A DNA stretch of 64,000 nucleotides from Monocercomonoides exilis PA203 (lineage: Eukaryota > Protista > Preaxostyla): positions 1-64,000 of the forward strand of contig LSRY02000030.1 in the NCBI GenBank assembly GCA_001643675.2, written 5' to 3'. This document shows, piece by piece, positions 46,928 to 61,900 of the stretch. Made by a program: the position numbers and the translations under genes. Numbering within the stretch: the stretch's first letter is position 1; each line of letters begins with the position of its first letter. The notes under the pieces were generated by a model. It was not told the origin of the DNA and made no database searches. It saw nothing but the letters and a program-made list of their open reading frames with translations.

Positions 46928-49900
46928 TTATTGATCCTCCTTACGAGATAAAATTGGCAAATAAATGGAGCCATCATCTTCCTTTGTTTTAGTCATTTGT
47001 ACTCTTTCGCTATCACTCATTTTCCCAATCTTCTTATAAGAGCTTCTCTTCTTCTTCTTCTTTATTATAACAACTAACACAACAATAACAGCAACACTAA
47101 TTGCGAATACTGGAACAAGGACAGAAATGAGGATGATCGTTGTTTTGGACAGTTTGTTAGTTGGCTTGGGTTCTGGTTCTGGCTTTGGTTCCGGCTTCTT
47201 TTCAATAAGGATTGCACCTGTTGCTTTATTTTGTCCATAAGTCAAGCGCACATAAACTTCATCAGCATTATTCAAAGCAACAACACTTTCGTCGACCACA
47301 GCCTTTGCTTTTGTTTCAGTTTCGCCAAATATTTCATATGAGCTCCATTCTTCAAATTTGTCTCCTGTTTTTCTTGCTACTTGCCATTTCAATCCGCAAG
47401 GCATAAGTAATGTTCCTTCAAAGTTAACAGTGGCTTGCCCATTGCTCATCGAAGTGGTTGTTGCAACAACTTTGTTTGCGTTTGTGAGGGTTGGCACGAA
47501 CAAAAGCGATTCAACATTATTGACTGCATTTCCATCAATGACACAGTTAGCATCTTTTTGAATCCAGAATGCAGTTCCTTTATTGTCATTCTCCTTTGTC
47601 ATCGAATCAATTGTTAAATGACCTTTCTCGCATTTGATGTTCTTCCTCAACGAAGCATAGTTAGTTTTTCCAGCTGGTGTGTTGCTATCAAAAACGGCTG
47701 ATTTAATGGAAACACTTCCATCACTACGAATCAAAAGCGCACCTTCCTCTCCATTCAAAAACTTGGTATTTGTAAATGTTGCAGTTGCAGAGCCATCAAC
47801 CGTAACCAGAGCTTTGTCAGTTGTCCAATCGCAAATTGTTGCTTCTGCTTCGTCTCTTTCTTCAGCAATGTTGACTTCAGCTTCGAGATCATTCCATTGC
47901 GATGTTGTCTGCTTAGCTGATGTTCCTGTAAGTTCTGTGTTTGTGATGTCCAAAGATGATTTTCCACCAACATGAACAAATCTTAATGGAGTGCCATCTG
48001 GCTGTGATGGAGATGTAATAAATGAATCAGCAATTACCACTTTATCTTCGGAGTTGCACACGATGATAGCTTCTGGAGGAGTAGCAGAGGTGAATTTATT
48101 TGGACTTTGCAAAATGAGATTCTTCAGTGTCAGATCAGCATCAACAGAGAACACTCCCTTTTCGATGGATGCAGTTTCTTTTGCCAGTTTGATTGTGGCT
48201 TTCGCATTATCTGTAGACTCCAAAGTAAATGATGTCTCAAACTTATAAGAAGTAGTCAATGAGAACGTGTTTTTGAATTTAAGGCTTGCTGCTTCTCCGC
48301 TTGTGATAACATGATTTATAGCCTGACCGAAAGACGAGCATGGCTTGTCTGTTGTTCCGCATTGTTTGCCCTCATTTCCAGCATCAGACAGAACAATTGT
48401 ATGAGAGCGATAAGTAACTTTAGGTCCATTTTCTCCTCCAATGATATCCACGAATTTGTTCTCGTAATCTTCAATACATATCAGATCAGCCTTTCCGTAC
48501 ATACCTTCCAAGTCCATAAAAAGCATAGCTTCATCAAATTGTGCAATGCCTTGTGACAGTTTGAACAATATGTATTTTCCTTTCCATCCTTTGCAGTTCG
48601 TTATAACCGGCAAGTTGATGAGAATATCTGGTGTCTCTTCAACTTCTTCTTTAAGTTGAATGTAGATAGCAGCTCCGCGTCCTCCATCGTTTCCTTCTTT
48701 ATTTGCACAGCCGTCAAACACTGTTCCGTCAATTGAAATTCTTTGTGCAATTGTTTGAGGATACAGAGCAAGAGCAGCTCCTTCCTTAGCCTCGACTGCA
48801 TTTATCGAGGTGAACTTACCTCCTTTCACAGAAAACGCCGTGCTGCACTTAAGACATGCCGCTTCTCCGCTCAAAGTCATCTTATTGAATGTTGTATCTT
48901 CCATGTTAAGCGAGGCAGCAGCTTCGGAGACTGTCACAACTGGCTGTTCCTTCATGAAGAATCCATTAAATTCAGTGTTTTTGAGCGAAATTGCTCCACT
49001 AAGCACAGAAATGATAGACACTTTAAAGGCTGTTTGGCTGCTATGGCCATCATTCGCTTTGAATACGCAATCTTCAGCGCTGAAGCTTCCTTTCTGATTT
49101 TCGGAAACGAAAATGAGAGCCGTTTCTCTATTTCCATTCACAGAAGAGTCATGAACAATTGTAATGCTGTTCAAACCAAGAGATCCTGCTCCAACAGTAA
49201 ACAATCCATCCATATCTTCTTTGAATATGGTTGTAATAATTGTGCTCGCTTTAGATTTTCCTTTCACTGTGACATAGCGATCATCAACATTGATAATTTC
49301 CTCTTCACTCTTATAATTTCCACTGTCGAGCTGAGCAACGCAATCCATTGTATTTGCCATATTCTTAACTGCAACAGAAATTGTTGAGCATTTCTTGTGA
49401 CTAACATATCCGCACTGGGCGTCTTTGTCTCCTTCTTTTGGATCAACAGCAACAACTCTAATTGATTCTCCATATGCAATCCAGTTCTCTTCGATCTTCT
49501 CTCCTTTTGCTGTTTTATGATACAATGTTTTCTTGTTACGATCAGTTGTTAAAGAAAGAACAAATGGATTGTTCTCTTCTGTGATTGGCTGTTCCATCAA
49601 ATCTTCAAGATAAACATCAATTCCATTTTTAGTTGCACTGCTTTGACTGAAGAAGCATGCCACGTTCGCAATCAAAGCATCAGCAATCTTAACATAGAAG
49701 CTTCCACCATTTTGAGCTTTGCAATTCAAGCACTTTGTCTTTTTGATTTGTGTATCTTGTGGCAAATCTTCGAAATATGCAGCTCCACCATTTCCGCTTG
49801 CTTCACATTTATCGAATGTGACTCCATCCATTTTGAATGAAGAAGCTTTGCTCACAAACAAAGCACCTCCATTTCGCTGATCTCCTGTAAGCTTCAAGTT

Positions 49901-52900
49901 AGTGAATGTTGATGACAAAATTTGAACTGCAGGCTTGTCTGTTGCATCGCCTACTGCGGACAATACAATACCACTTGCAGCCGCTGCTTTGTTCGAACAA
50001 TCTGAGAATTCGCATCCAGATATAACAATTGTTCCTTTTGTGACTGTACCCAACACTGGACCGACAGATGACTCAATATTTGTTGCCTTCATTCCATAAA
50101 ACGTGATCTTTCCTTTGCTTGTTGATGTTACAAGTCCTGTCTTGCTCAATGTAACTTTATTCAAATTCAAAGATATTGTTGCATCAGCCAGTATGGTTTT
50201 GTCCTCAGAATCCACAACCTCGAATGGGGCAGCTGTAAACACAAAGTTGGTTGTTGATTCGTATTTGAACGTGGTTGAGCTCATCATAAGTCTACCAGCA
50301 TCAACATAAACTAACGGATAATCAACTGCAAGATTACCTTTATTTGTATTCGGGCTAAATTCGCACTTTTCGATTGTAAGAATTCCTTCTTTGCCACTGA
50401 CTGCAAGCAGTGAGACTGGAGAGAAGTCACAGCATGTTTTAACATTAAACGTGCTTGGGAACAAGAAACTCAACTCTTTCATTCTGACACTCTTCATAAC
50501 ATGATATGCACCAATTTTGTCTTGAGAAACCGTAATCTCCGAATCGAATGTTATAGACATTATTTTTCCAACTTTACTTGCAGATTCAACTCCAAGTTGC
50601 AGTGCAGGATTAAATGTCATTGCCTTTGCTGTGATGGCCTCATCGACAAGAATCACAGATGCCTCTTTCGTAGAAACATGGCTAATTGCTAAGTCGAAGC
50701 TGCTGCATTGATATTTCGGTGAAAATCCGCAATGAATTGAACTGTCGCCATCATTGCCCATATACACTTTTGTTCCGTGATATCCCCAAATCTGGCACAG
50801 ATCAATTGTTTCCTGGAATTTTTCATCATCTTTTCCAATCATTTCATTTGTTTTTGTTGACATAATGTTTTGCAAAGAAGACCCTATGAGCAAGTTTGGC
50901 AGAGAGTCGCACTGCAAATACAGGTCCCGACCAAATTCAGCCACATTCTCATCATCTCCTGCTCCAACTTCAAAGGAATTAATGGACATTTTTACAGCAG
51001 AGGACTTTCCAAATACCATATGAACTGCTCCACCAAAGCTATCTTCAGCCTGAGAAATGCACTTTTTGAATAATACTTCTCTTGGTTCTTCTTCTGCTGT
51101 GTTTTCAAATGATATAGTGGCATGAGCATCTGGAGATACAATGCCAATTGCAGCACCGCGCAATGATTTCACTGCTTTGATGTTTTCAAATGTTGTTCCC
51201 TGAAGACGAATTGACATAGTCTTATCGAAGTTGTCAATTGCAATAATTGCAGCTCTGTCTCCATTCAATCGCTCAATATCTGAAATGGTTGTCTTCATAA
51301 GAGCGATAGAAAAGTCCTTATCATTACTGACACTGAAGAGAGGTTTGTTAGCAAAAGTGAATTTCGAGAATGTTGCATCATTTGCTGAAAAGATTCCTCC
51401 GCTCATAGTAAACAATGAAACGCTGAACAATTGCTTTGCATCATAATCTTCTTGTGTTGATATCTCCACTTTAATGAGATTCAGATCTCCTGAAGCAACG
51501 GTAAACAGTGATGATTGCAAATTACCTTTCTTTGTAGAATCATGCTTAATGGTGAATGACATCAAAGTCAAAGAACCTGCATTGACCGCAAATAATGAGT
51601 GAGGTTGTTCAAAGATTGTTCTAATCTCGCCTTTGCCTTCGTTTTTAGCAGATGTTATTGTAATCAATTTTTCTCCAATGGAAATGGTTTCAGCTTCAGT
51701 GTTAAACAGAGCGTCTGCAGCAATAATTGTGGATGGATACCAGCCAGCTGTTCGCTTAACAGCAACTCCAATTGTCTTACAGTCATCAGCTTGCTTCAAC
51801 CCACAGTCTTCGTTATCATTACCATCTGTTGGATGCGCCTTTCTGCTAATTTCAGCATTTCCGATGTAGTCATCCTTTTCTTCATCTGATTGACCAAATA
51901 CGTAATGGAAGCGATCATCCTGCTCACATTCTGACATTGATTTCAAAAACGGAGATTTATCTTTCGTTAGTTTATCAGTATGCTTGTCGACAAAATACAC
52001 GTTGTATCCTTTGGTATTTGCATTCTGCATTTTGAAATAGCAAGTGAACGAATTTGTGTATTTTGTAGAAGCGTCATATGTGAAATAAATAGCTCCACCT
52101 AATTCAGCAACATTAGCATCGAATATCACTCCATTCATTTCCATTGTGGAAGGAGAAGATTCCACATACAAAGCTCCTCCGCTTGATTTTTCTCCATTAC
52201 ACACACAATTGCTGAATGTCGTCTTTGAATTTATGGCTAAGCTCTTGCATTTCTTGAGATAAATTGCTCCTCCTTTTCCATTGTTGCTGACCCTTGCTGC
52301 AGTAAATTGACATTTCGAAATCAATATTGAACTATCGACTTTGCCAAGATATAAAGCTCCTCCTTCTCCGTTATTCGCCTCGTTGATGCAATTCATGAAT
52401 GTGCAATCACTCAATTCAAGCTGTTCGATTGAAGAGGAATACAAAATTGATGCTTGTGCTTTTGACCTAACATTACTAAATGAAGCTCTTGACATTATCA
52501 ATTTATTTGTTTTAATGTTAAGCGCACTTTCTTTTTGGATGATCAAAGAAGACATTGACAGCAAATCGATATGATTACCGTCAATCTTTGCATTAGCTTC
52601 AATCAAAATTGGTGCATTCAAAAATTCTGCAGAATGCAAATTATCGTAACTTTGAATTTTAATGTTGGACAGTTGAGCCGATCCACTTACGACGTGTATC
52701 ACAACAAACTGAACGTGCTGTGAAGTTCCAACAACTCTCACGTCAATGCTGTCCAAGCTCAACACAGACGTTTGTCCCTCTGAGCAAATCAATGCATTAT
52801 AATTACATATACATCCATCTGTGAACTTGTTGGATTGAATAATTCTCAAATTACCAATGGTCAAAGATCCAGCATTTTCAATAACAGAATGAGAATTAGA

Positions 52901-55900
52901 AGTTTCCACTGTTCCAATTAAAACTTCGCTATCACCAGTTCCTGATTTTCCTTTCAAATAAAATGTTTTCACTTCATCCCAAATGAAACTTGTTTTAATT
53001 ATGTACTTATCCTTCACATACACAACATTTTTATCTAAAGCAACATGATGCAGCAAATAATTCAATGTAGTACAAGGATATTCAACTCTTCCACAATAAA
53101 GATCATCTTTTCCACTAACATCTGAAATATATCCATCTTCCGATTTAACATAGTTTATATAAAAATATGACAAATCACATTTTTGAATAAAATTATCTGA
53201 TCCAACAATCGCATTCGCTTCCGCCCCACTCACAAGCTCTTTCGGAATCCTTTCTTGCACAACCATCTTCCGCAGATCATTGCACATCAAATAAACATTC
53301 GTCCCCGTCTGCGCTTCGTTCCCTCCAAACGTCGTCGTCGCATCAATCGTCACAATCCCTTCCTGCATCCTTATGTGCACTCCTCCTCCTTCTCCTGCCT
53401 CCTTGCTGCACTTGCAGTTCTCAAACTTGCTGTTCTTCTCAATAGAAACTCTTGTTGCCGATTCAATCGTCACCGCCCCTCCTTTCGTCGATCCCGGCGA
53501 CGAAATATCTTTGAACGTCGTTTGCATCGCACCAAACGCTCCATTTAGTGAATCCACATGCACTGCCACTCCGCTTCCGCAATGGCATCCCGTGATCTTC
53601 GAAATCGTGCTTTCTCCCAGATACACTCCTCCTTCCGCACCGCTCTTCTCAATCAGCCAGTGCGCCCCTTCAAGCGTAAACCCGCTTATCGTCACCTTCG
53701 TGCACTCAAGCGTTCCTTGAACATTCAACAGCGACACCTTGAACTTCTTTTCCCTGAATACCCTTCCTCCGGCTTCAACTCACACTCCACAATCCCCATC
53801 GTCCCTTTATCTGCAACTGACACAATCGCTGACTCAACATTCCCTTCCTTCTCCGACGAGTGCACCACCACAAACCTCTCCAAAAACATCCCTCCGCTCT
53901 TCACCTCAATCAACGCCTTCGCATCTTCTTTCTTCTCGTTCCTCGTTTCAATCCGCCCTTTCCCATTCTCCGGCCCTGACACTCTCACCAGCCCTTCCGC
54001 AACCGTGATCGTTTCTTTCTCGTTCGCAAACGTCCCACTCCCCACAACTCTCCCATACACCCACCTGTACCCTTCACTCGTGCTCTCATCAACTGCTTTC
54101 TTCAGCGTCTTGCACTTCTGCGTCACCCTTCCGCAGTTCTCCAAATCCTCCCCACTCGCATCCTCCGCATACCGCACTCGGTAATCTTCCCCAATAAACT
54201 CCTTCTGCGCTCCTTCCGCCTGCCCTTTGTAGTACACTCGCTCATCTGCATCGCTCGTCGTCATACTCTTCAAAAACGGCGAATCCTCCTTCCCAATGTC
54301 TGCTGCCCCCGCTTCCTCCAGATACACATCTATCCCGTGCCCGTCTCCTTGCTTAGCATTCTCCGAAAACACAACATGGAACTTCTTCCCAAACACCGCA
54401 CTCTTCGTCTTCAGATACATCCCTCCTCCATTCTTGCTCGTGCACTTCTTAATCTCCACATACTCCAGCCCAATAGAGTTCGCTGTAATCCCATCACCCG
54501 TCATCTCAATGTGCATCGCCCCACCACTCTCGCTTGCTGTGCACGAATCAAACACCATCGCCGTCGTCGTTTCCGATCTCACACTCAACGCTGCACATTC
54601 TTTCCCGTAGATCGCTCCTCCTTTCCCGTTCGCCCCCGTCGCTTTGCACTCCACAAAGTCCGTCTGCTTCACTGTCACACTCCCAAATTCACACCCAACT
54701 ACTCCTCCTTTCCCATCCTTGTGGCTGTTCTCTATCTTCGCAAACTTGCACAGATCCAGCACCACACTGCTCGTCTTCACATTCTCTCCGTTTCCACACC
54801 GGATAAGCCCATATTCTCCATCTACCATCATCCCCGTGTATGTGCACCCCGTCAGCGTCAACGCCCCTTCAACAACCACAAACGCTGACACTCCAAAGTG
54901 CATCGTCTCTCCTCCTTCCAGCCCAAACCCACTGAACTCTGCACTTCCTCCTTCCATACGCAAAACACTGTACTCAATCGTCTTCCCTGCCTCAAACACT
55001 GCCTTCCCTCCCGAAGCGGCCAGGCTTCCTCCCACAATCGTCTTAAACAGCGCAACAGGAGAGCATCCACAAAGCATCTTTTCAAACGCCACAGGCACAC
55101 TCGCTTCAATTCCACTCAGCTTCAATTTCCCCGTCACCTTGAAGTATCCCCCATCCTCTTCAACTTCTCCCTTCTTCCCTACCGTCACCTTCGCCTCCTT
55201 GTATTCTCCATCGTTCCACGCCACCATCGTTATCAACGCCTGAACAACACTCGGCGCCGTAAACTCATACTCTTCTCCTCCTTTCATGTGGATCGTCTTC
55301 GCATCAAGCTTGCTGATGTGTCTGATGCACTCTTCTATCGTCTGGCACGGATAATGCTCCGACCCACAGTACTTCTCATCCTTCCCTGACACACTCGAAA
55401 CATACATCTCCGAATCTTCGTATTTCTCAAAGAACGTGTACAGGTCAATCGCATACGTCCCAAAGTCTACCCCATCAGTACCTACCATCTCGTTCCCAAC
55501 CTTCGACAACGCCGCCTTGCTGAAGTGCTCTTCCGTCACAAGATGCTTCAAGTTTCCTCCTTTCAAGTACACCGTCTTCCCTTCTTTCGCAACATTCCCT
55601 TCTGCAACCATCGTCCCAAACAGCCCACTGTCCATCGTCGCCCAAATAATCTCAACATACACCGCTCCTCCTTGCCCTTCTGAATTCCCTTTGCACCCTC
55701 TAAACGTGTTCGTCTCCGTAAACCGCACTCTCGCCTTCTCGTTCTCCGCCACTATGCAGAACGCCCCTCCTTTCTTCGACGTTTCCGACACACACCTCTC
55801 AAACGTGCACTTGCTCACACTAAGCTCCATCTCATGATCCTTCATATCCACCGTCAAAATCGCTGCCTCTCCGTTCGGGCAGCACTTCGCCGTGATGTCC

Positions 55901-58900
55901 TGAGCCGTCACCCCGTTCATCTCAATACTCGCTTTCTCCACTGCCTCAACACCAAACAGCGAGCTTCCATAAATACTGAACCCTTCAATACGCACCGTGA
56001 GCATCTCGCATCTCCCTCCTTTCATCAGGAACATCGGAACCGTAAAGTCTCCCTTTCCATCTCCTTCCGCTTCTTGCTTGATGTGCACTTCCATCATAAA
56101 CAACATCCCTCCTGCCTCAACATCAAACAGTCGCGTCCCTCTGTTTCCTTTCTTTCCAGAGTCATGGATTATGCAAATCTCTGTCAGCCCAACCCCGATT
56201 CCATTCAAACACACAAAGAATCCCTTCGCCGGCGCCGCCTCTTCAAACATCGTGTACAGCTTCGTTCCATCCGCATTGTCTGCTCCCATGATATTGTAGC
56301 CAATCCCACTCGTCTCCTCAAACACACTCAGCTCTTCTTTGAACTCTCCTGCCTTGCATTTCACAGCAGTCGACGGCTTGTTTCCAATCAAGCTCAGCGC
56401 TTTGTGGATCGTCTTGCATGCCACTTCTCCATCTGCTTTGCACGCCGCATCATCTCCATCAACCGGATCCACATCCAGAGGCTCTTTCACATAATCAATC
56501 CAGTCTTTCTCTCCTTGATCTTCCTCAGACTTGTAGTAGTACAGCTTTTCTTCCTTCTCTAATACCATACTCTCCTTGAAGTCATCCTTCACAAACGCTG
56601 TCCCGCATTCATCATACAGATACACTCCGTTTCCTTTCGTTCCTGTGCAATGCGTAATCATCAGCTCCATCTTCGCTGGCTTCTCCTTCAACTTCAAATA
56701 CGCTCCTCCTCCATTCTCCCCGCTGCACGTCGTGAGTATAATATAGTCAAATATCGCTCCTGCTGGCACATCCTCAACATACATCCCGCCTCCGTTCCCA
56801 TTCACAACTTTGCAATAGTTAATCTGCATCATATGCATCTCAAACTTGCTCGTCACCCCTTTCACATACAGCGCTCCTCCACATCCTTTCTCTCCTTTCA
56901 CTTCCGTGTTCGTGAAAATCGCCCCCACACTATATCCGCTCTTCCCAATCACCACGCTCTCAACCCCTTCAACACACACTGCTCCTCCTTTCCCTCCTTC
57001 TTTCTCGTTGCTGCATGATTCAAACGTGCAATCTGTAATCCTCAGCTTGCTTTGCGCTCCCGTCATCACAAGCACACTGGCTTGCACTTTCGACACAACA
57101 AATGCAAACTTACACCCTGCAAGCTCAATCTCATTCTCTCCAATCTGCAGCGCCGATCCAGTGTTGATCGTCACTTTCCGAACATTCAGCTTTTCAATCG
57201 TCGCTCCCACTCCTTTCTCAATCACTATCGGACTCTTCTCAAATATGCAGCTCTCGTCCCCTCCTGCGTTGTCCAACGTCACATCCTTCATCACCACACT
57301 TCCTCCTTTCACAGTAACTATCGCAAATTCCAACACACTCCCTGACCCTGCATGCCCAATCTTGCACCCCACAAAGCTCAGCGCAGACCCGGCTCCTTCT
57401 CCGCTGATCAAGCTCCCCCGGAACGTCTTGCACTCTCCTCCATATTTCGCCCCATACGCTATCGTCAGCGACTCAAACTCCAGTATCTTCTCGTTCTTCA
57501 TAAACACTCCGTTTTCATCTCCAACCTCAAGCGCCTCAGGGAAGTACAGCGTCGGCTCCTGCCCATCCCCTGCCTGCTCTCCCGCAAACTTCACCCCTTT
57601 CTCAAAGTTCCACGTCACTCCGCTTTCCACATGCGCCCCATGCTCTATCGCCAACGTCTTCTTCACACCATCCACAAATCGCGACTCAAGCGTGAACTTC
57701 ATCGATCGGCACGGATATCGGTCTGTCCCGCAATACTCTGCGTCTGTTCCATCCATTTCGCATATCGCCACTTTCTCTCCTTTCACAAACGCCGTGTAGA
57801 AATGCTTCAGATCAATGCTTCCTCCCCGCGCATCCACTCCAACAATCGCATTCGCTTCCGCCCCACTCACAAGCTCTTTCGGAATCCTTTCTTGCACAAC
57901 CATCTTCCGCAGATCATTGCACATCAAATAAACATTCGTCCCCGTCTGCGCTTCGTTCCCTCCAAACGTCGTCGTCGCATCAATCGTCACAATCCCTTCC
58001 TGCATCCTTATGTGCACTCCTCCTCCTTCTCCTGCCTCCTTGCTGCACTTGCAGTTCTCAAACTTGCTGTTCTTCTCAATAGAAACTCTTGTTGCCGATT
58101 CAATCGTCACCGCCCCTCCTTTCGTCGATCCCGGCGACGAAATATCTTTGAACGTCGTTTGCATCGCACCAAACGCTCCATTTAGTGAATCCACATGCAC
58201 TGCCACTCCGCTTCCGCAATGGCATCCCGTGATCTTCGAAATCGTGCTTTCTCCCAGATACACTCCTCCTTCCGCACCGCTCTTCTCAATCAGCCAGTGC
58301 GCCCCTTCAAGCGTAAACCCGCTTATCGTCACCTTCGTGCACTCAAGCGTTCCTTGAACATTCAACAGCGACACCTTGAACTTCTTTTCCCCTGAATACC
58401 CTTCCTCCGGCTTCAACTCACACTCCACAATCCCCATCGTCCCTTTATCTGCAACTGACACAATCGCTGACTCAACATTCCCTTCCTTCTCCGACGAGTG
58501 CACCACCACAAACCTCTCCAAAAACATCCCTCCGCTCTTCACCTCAATCAACGCCTTCGCATCTTCTTTCTTCTCGTTCCTCGTTTCAATCCGCCCTTTC
58601 CCATTCTCCGGCCCTGACACTCTCACCAGCCCTTCCGCAACCGTGATCGTTTCTTTCTCGTTCGCAAACGTCCCACTCCCCACAACTCTCCCATACACCC
58701 ACCTGTACCCTTCACTCGTGCTCTCATCAACTGCTTTCTTCAGCGTCTTGCACTTCTGCGTCACCCTTCCGCAGTTCTCCAAATCCTCCCCACTCGCATC
58801 CTCCGCATACCGCACTCGGTAATCTTCCCCAATAAACTCCTTCTGCGCTCCTTCCGCCTGCCCTTTGTAGTACACTCGCTCATCTGCATCTCGTCGTCTC

Positions 58901-61900
58901 GCTCCTTCCCAATACACATCAAGCATTCTCCGAAAACACAACATGGAACTTCTTCCCAAACACCGCACTCTTCGTCTTCAGATACATCCCTCCTCCATTC
59001 TTGCTCGTGCACTTCTTAATCTCCACATACTCCAGCCCAATAGAGTTCGCTGTAATCCCATCACCCGTCATCTCAATGTGCATCGCCCCACCACTCTCGC
59101 TTGCTGTGCACGAATCAAACACCATCGCCGTCGTCGTTTCCGATCTCACACTCAACGCTGCACATTCTTTCCCGTAGATCGCTCCTCCTTTCCCGTTCGC
59201 CCCCGTCGCTTTGCACTCCACAAAGTCCGTCTGCTTCACTGTCACACTCCCAAATTCACACCCAACTACTCCTCCTTTCCCATCCTTGTGGCTGTTCTCT
59301 ATCTTCGCAAACTTGCACAGATCCAGCACCACACTGCTCGTCTTCACATTCTCTCCGTTTCCACACCGGATAAGCCCATATTCTCCATCTACCATCATCC
59401 CCGTGTATGTGCACCCCGTCAGCGTCAACGCCCCTTCAACAACCACAAACGCTGACACTCCAAAGTGCATCGTCTCTCCTCCTTCCAGCCCAAACCCACT
59501 GAACTCTGCACTTCCCTCCTTCCATACGCAAAACACTGTACTCAATCGTCTTCCCTGCCTCAAACACTGCCTTCCCTCCCGAAGCGGCCAGGCTTCCTCC
59601 CACAATCGTCTTAAACAGCGCAACAGGAGAGCATCCACAAAGCATCTTTTCAAACGCCACAGGCACACTCGCTTCAATTCCACTCAGCTTCAATTTCCCC
59701 GTCACCTTGAAGTATCCCCCATCCTCTTCAACTTCTCCCTTCTTCCCTACCGTCACCTTCGCCTCCTTGTATTCTCCATCGTTCCACGCCACCATCGTTA
59801 TCAACGCCTGAACAACACTCGGCGCCGTAAACTCATACTCTTCTCCTCCTTTCATGTGGATCGTCTTCGCATCAAGCTTGCTGATGTGTCTGATGCACTC
59901 TTCTATCGTCTGGCACGGATAATGCTCCGACCCACAGTACTTCTCATCCTTCCCTGACACACTCGAAACATACATCTCCGAATCTTCGTATTTCTCAAAG
60001 AACGTGTACAGGTCAATCGCATACGTCCCAAAGTCTACCCCATCAGTACCTACCATCTCGTTCCCAACCTTCGACAACGCCGCCTTGCTGAAGTGCTCTT
60101 CCGTCACAAGATGCTTCAAGTTTCCTCCTTTCAAGTACACCGTCTTCCCTTCTTTCGCAACATTCCCTTCTGCAACCATCGTCCCAAACAGCCCACTGTC
60201 CATCGTCGCCCAAATAATCTCAACATACACCGCTCCTCCTTGCCCTTCTGAATTCCCTTTGCACCCTCTAAACGTGTTCGTCTCCGTAAACCGCACTCTC
60301 GCCTTCTCGTTCTCCGCCACTATGCAGAACGCCCCTCCTTTCTTCGACGTTTCCGACACACACCTCTCAAACGTGCACTTGCTCACACTAAGCTCCATCT
60401 CATGATCCTTCATATCCACCGTCAAAATCGCTGCCTCTCCGTTCGGGCAGCACTTCGCCGTGATGTCCTGAGCCGTCACCCCGTTCATCTCAATACTCGC
60501 TTTCTCCACTGCCTCAACACCAAACAGCGAGCTTCCATAAATACTGAACCCTTCAATACGCACCGTGAGCATCTCGCATCTCCCTCCTTTCATCAGGAAC
60601 ATCGGAACCGTAAAGTCTCCCTTTCCATCTCCTTCCGCTTCTTGCTTGATGTGCACTTCCATCATAAACAACATCCCTCCTGCCTCAACATCAAACAGTC
60701 GCGTCCCTCTGTTTCCTTTCTTTCCAGAGTCATGGATTATGCAAATCTCTGTCAGCCCAACCCCGATTCCATTCAAACACACAAAGAATCCCTTCGCCGG
60801 CGCCGCCTCTTCAAACATCGTGTACAGCTTCGTTCCATCCGCATTGTCTGCTCCCATGATATTGTAGCCAATCCCACTCGTCTCCTCAAACACACTCAGC
60901 TCTTCTTTGAACTCTCCTGCCTTGCATTTCACAGCAGTCGACGGCTTGTTTCCAATCAAGCTCAGCGCTTTGTGGATCGTCTTGCATGCCACTTCTCCAT
61001 CTGCTTTGCACGCCGCATCATCTCCATCAACCGGATCCACATCCAGAGGCTCTTTCACATAATCAATCCAGTCTTTCTCTCCTTGATCTTCCTCAGACTT
61101 GTAGTAGTACAGCTTTTTCTTCCTTCTCTAATACCATACTCTCCTTGAAGTCATCCTTCACAAACGCTGTCCCGCATTCATCATACAGATACACTCCGTT
61201 TCCTTTCGTTCCTGTGCAATGCGTAATCATCAGCTCCATCTTCGCTGGCTTCTCCTTCAACTTCAAATACGCTCCTCCTCCATTCTCCCCGCTGCACGTC
61301 GTGAGTATAATATAGTCAAATATCGCTCCTGCTGGCACATCCTCAACATACATCCCGCCTCCGTTCCCATTCACAACTTTGCAATAGTTAATCTGCATCA
61401 TATGCATCTCAAACTTGCTCGTCACCCCTTTCACATACAGCGCTCCTCCACATCCTTTCTCTCCTTTCACTTCCGTGTTCGTGAAAATCGCCCCCACACT
61501 ATATCCGCTCTTCCCAATCACCACGCTCTCAACCCCTTCAACACACACTGCTCCTCCTTTCCCTCCTTCTTTCTCGTTGCTGCATGATTCAAACGTGCAA
61601 TCTGTAATCCTCAGCTTGCTTTGCGCTCCCGTCATCACAAGCACACTGGCTTGCACTTTCGACACAACAAATGCAAACTTACACCCTGCAAGCTCAATCT
61701 CATTCTCTCCAATCTGCAGCGCCGATCCAGTGTTGATCGTCACTTTCCGAACATTCAGCTTTTCAATCGTCGCTCCCACTCCTTTCTCAATCACTATCGG
61801 ACTCTTCTCAAATATGCAGCTCTCGTCCCCTCCTGCGTTGTCCAACGTCACATCCTTCATCACCACACTTCCTCCTTTCACAGTAACTATCGCAAATTCC

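Noticed and set aside
13010-53737. Non-standard genetic code (TAA/TAG = Gln, as in some oxymonads)
   Set aside because: Multi-kb ORFs are open in the standard code, and TAA/TAG terminate genes at sensible C-termini (for example 31449, 46928, 21670).
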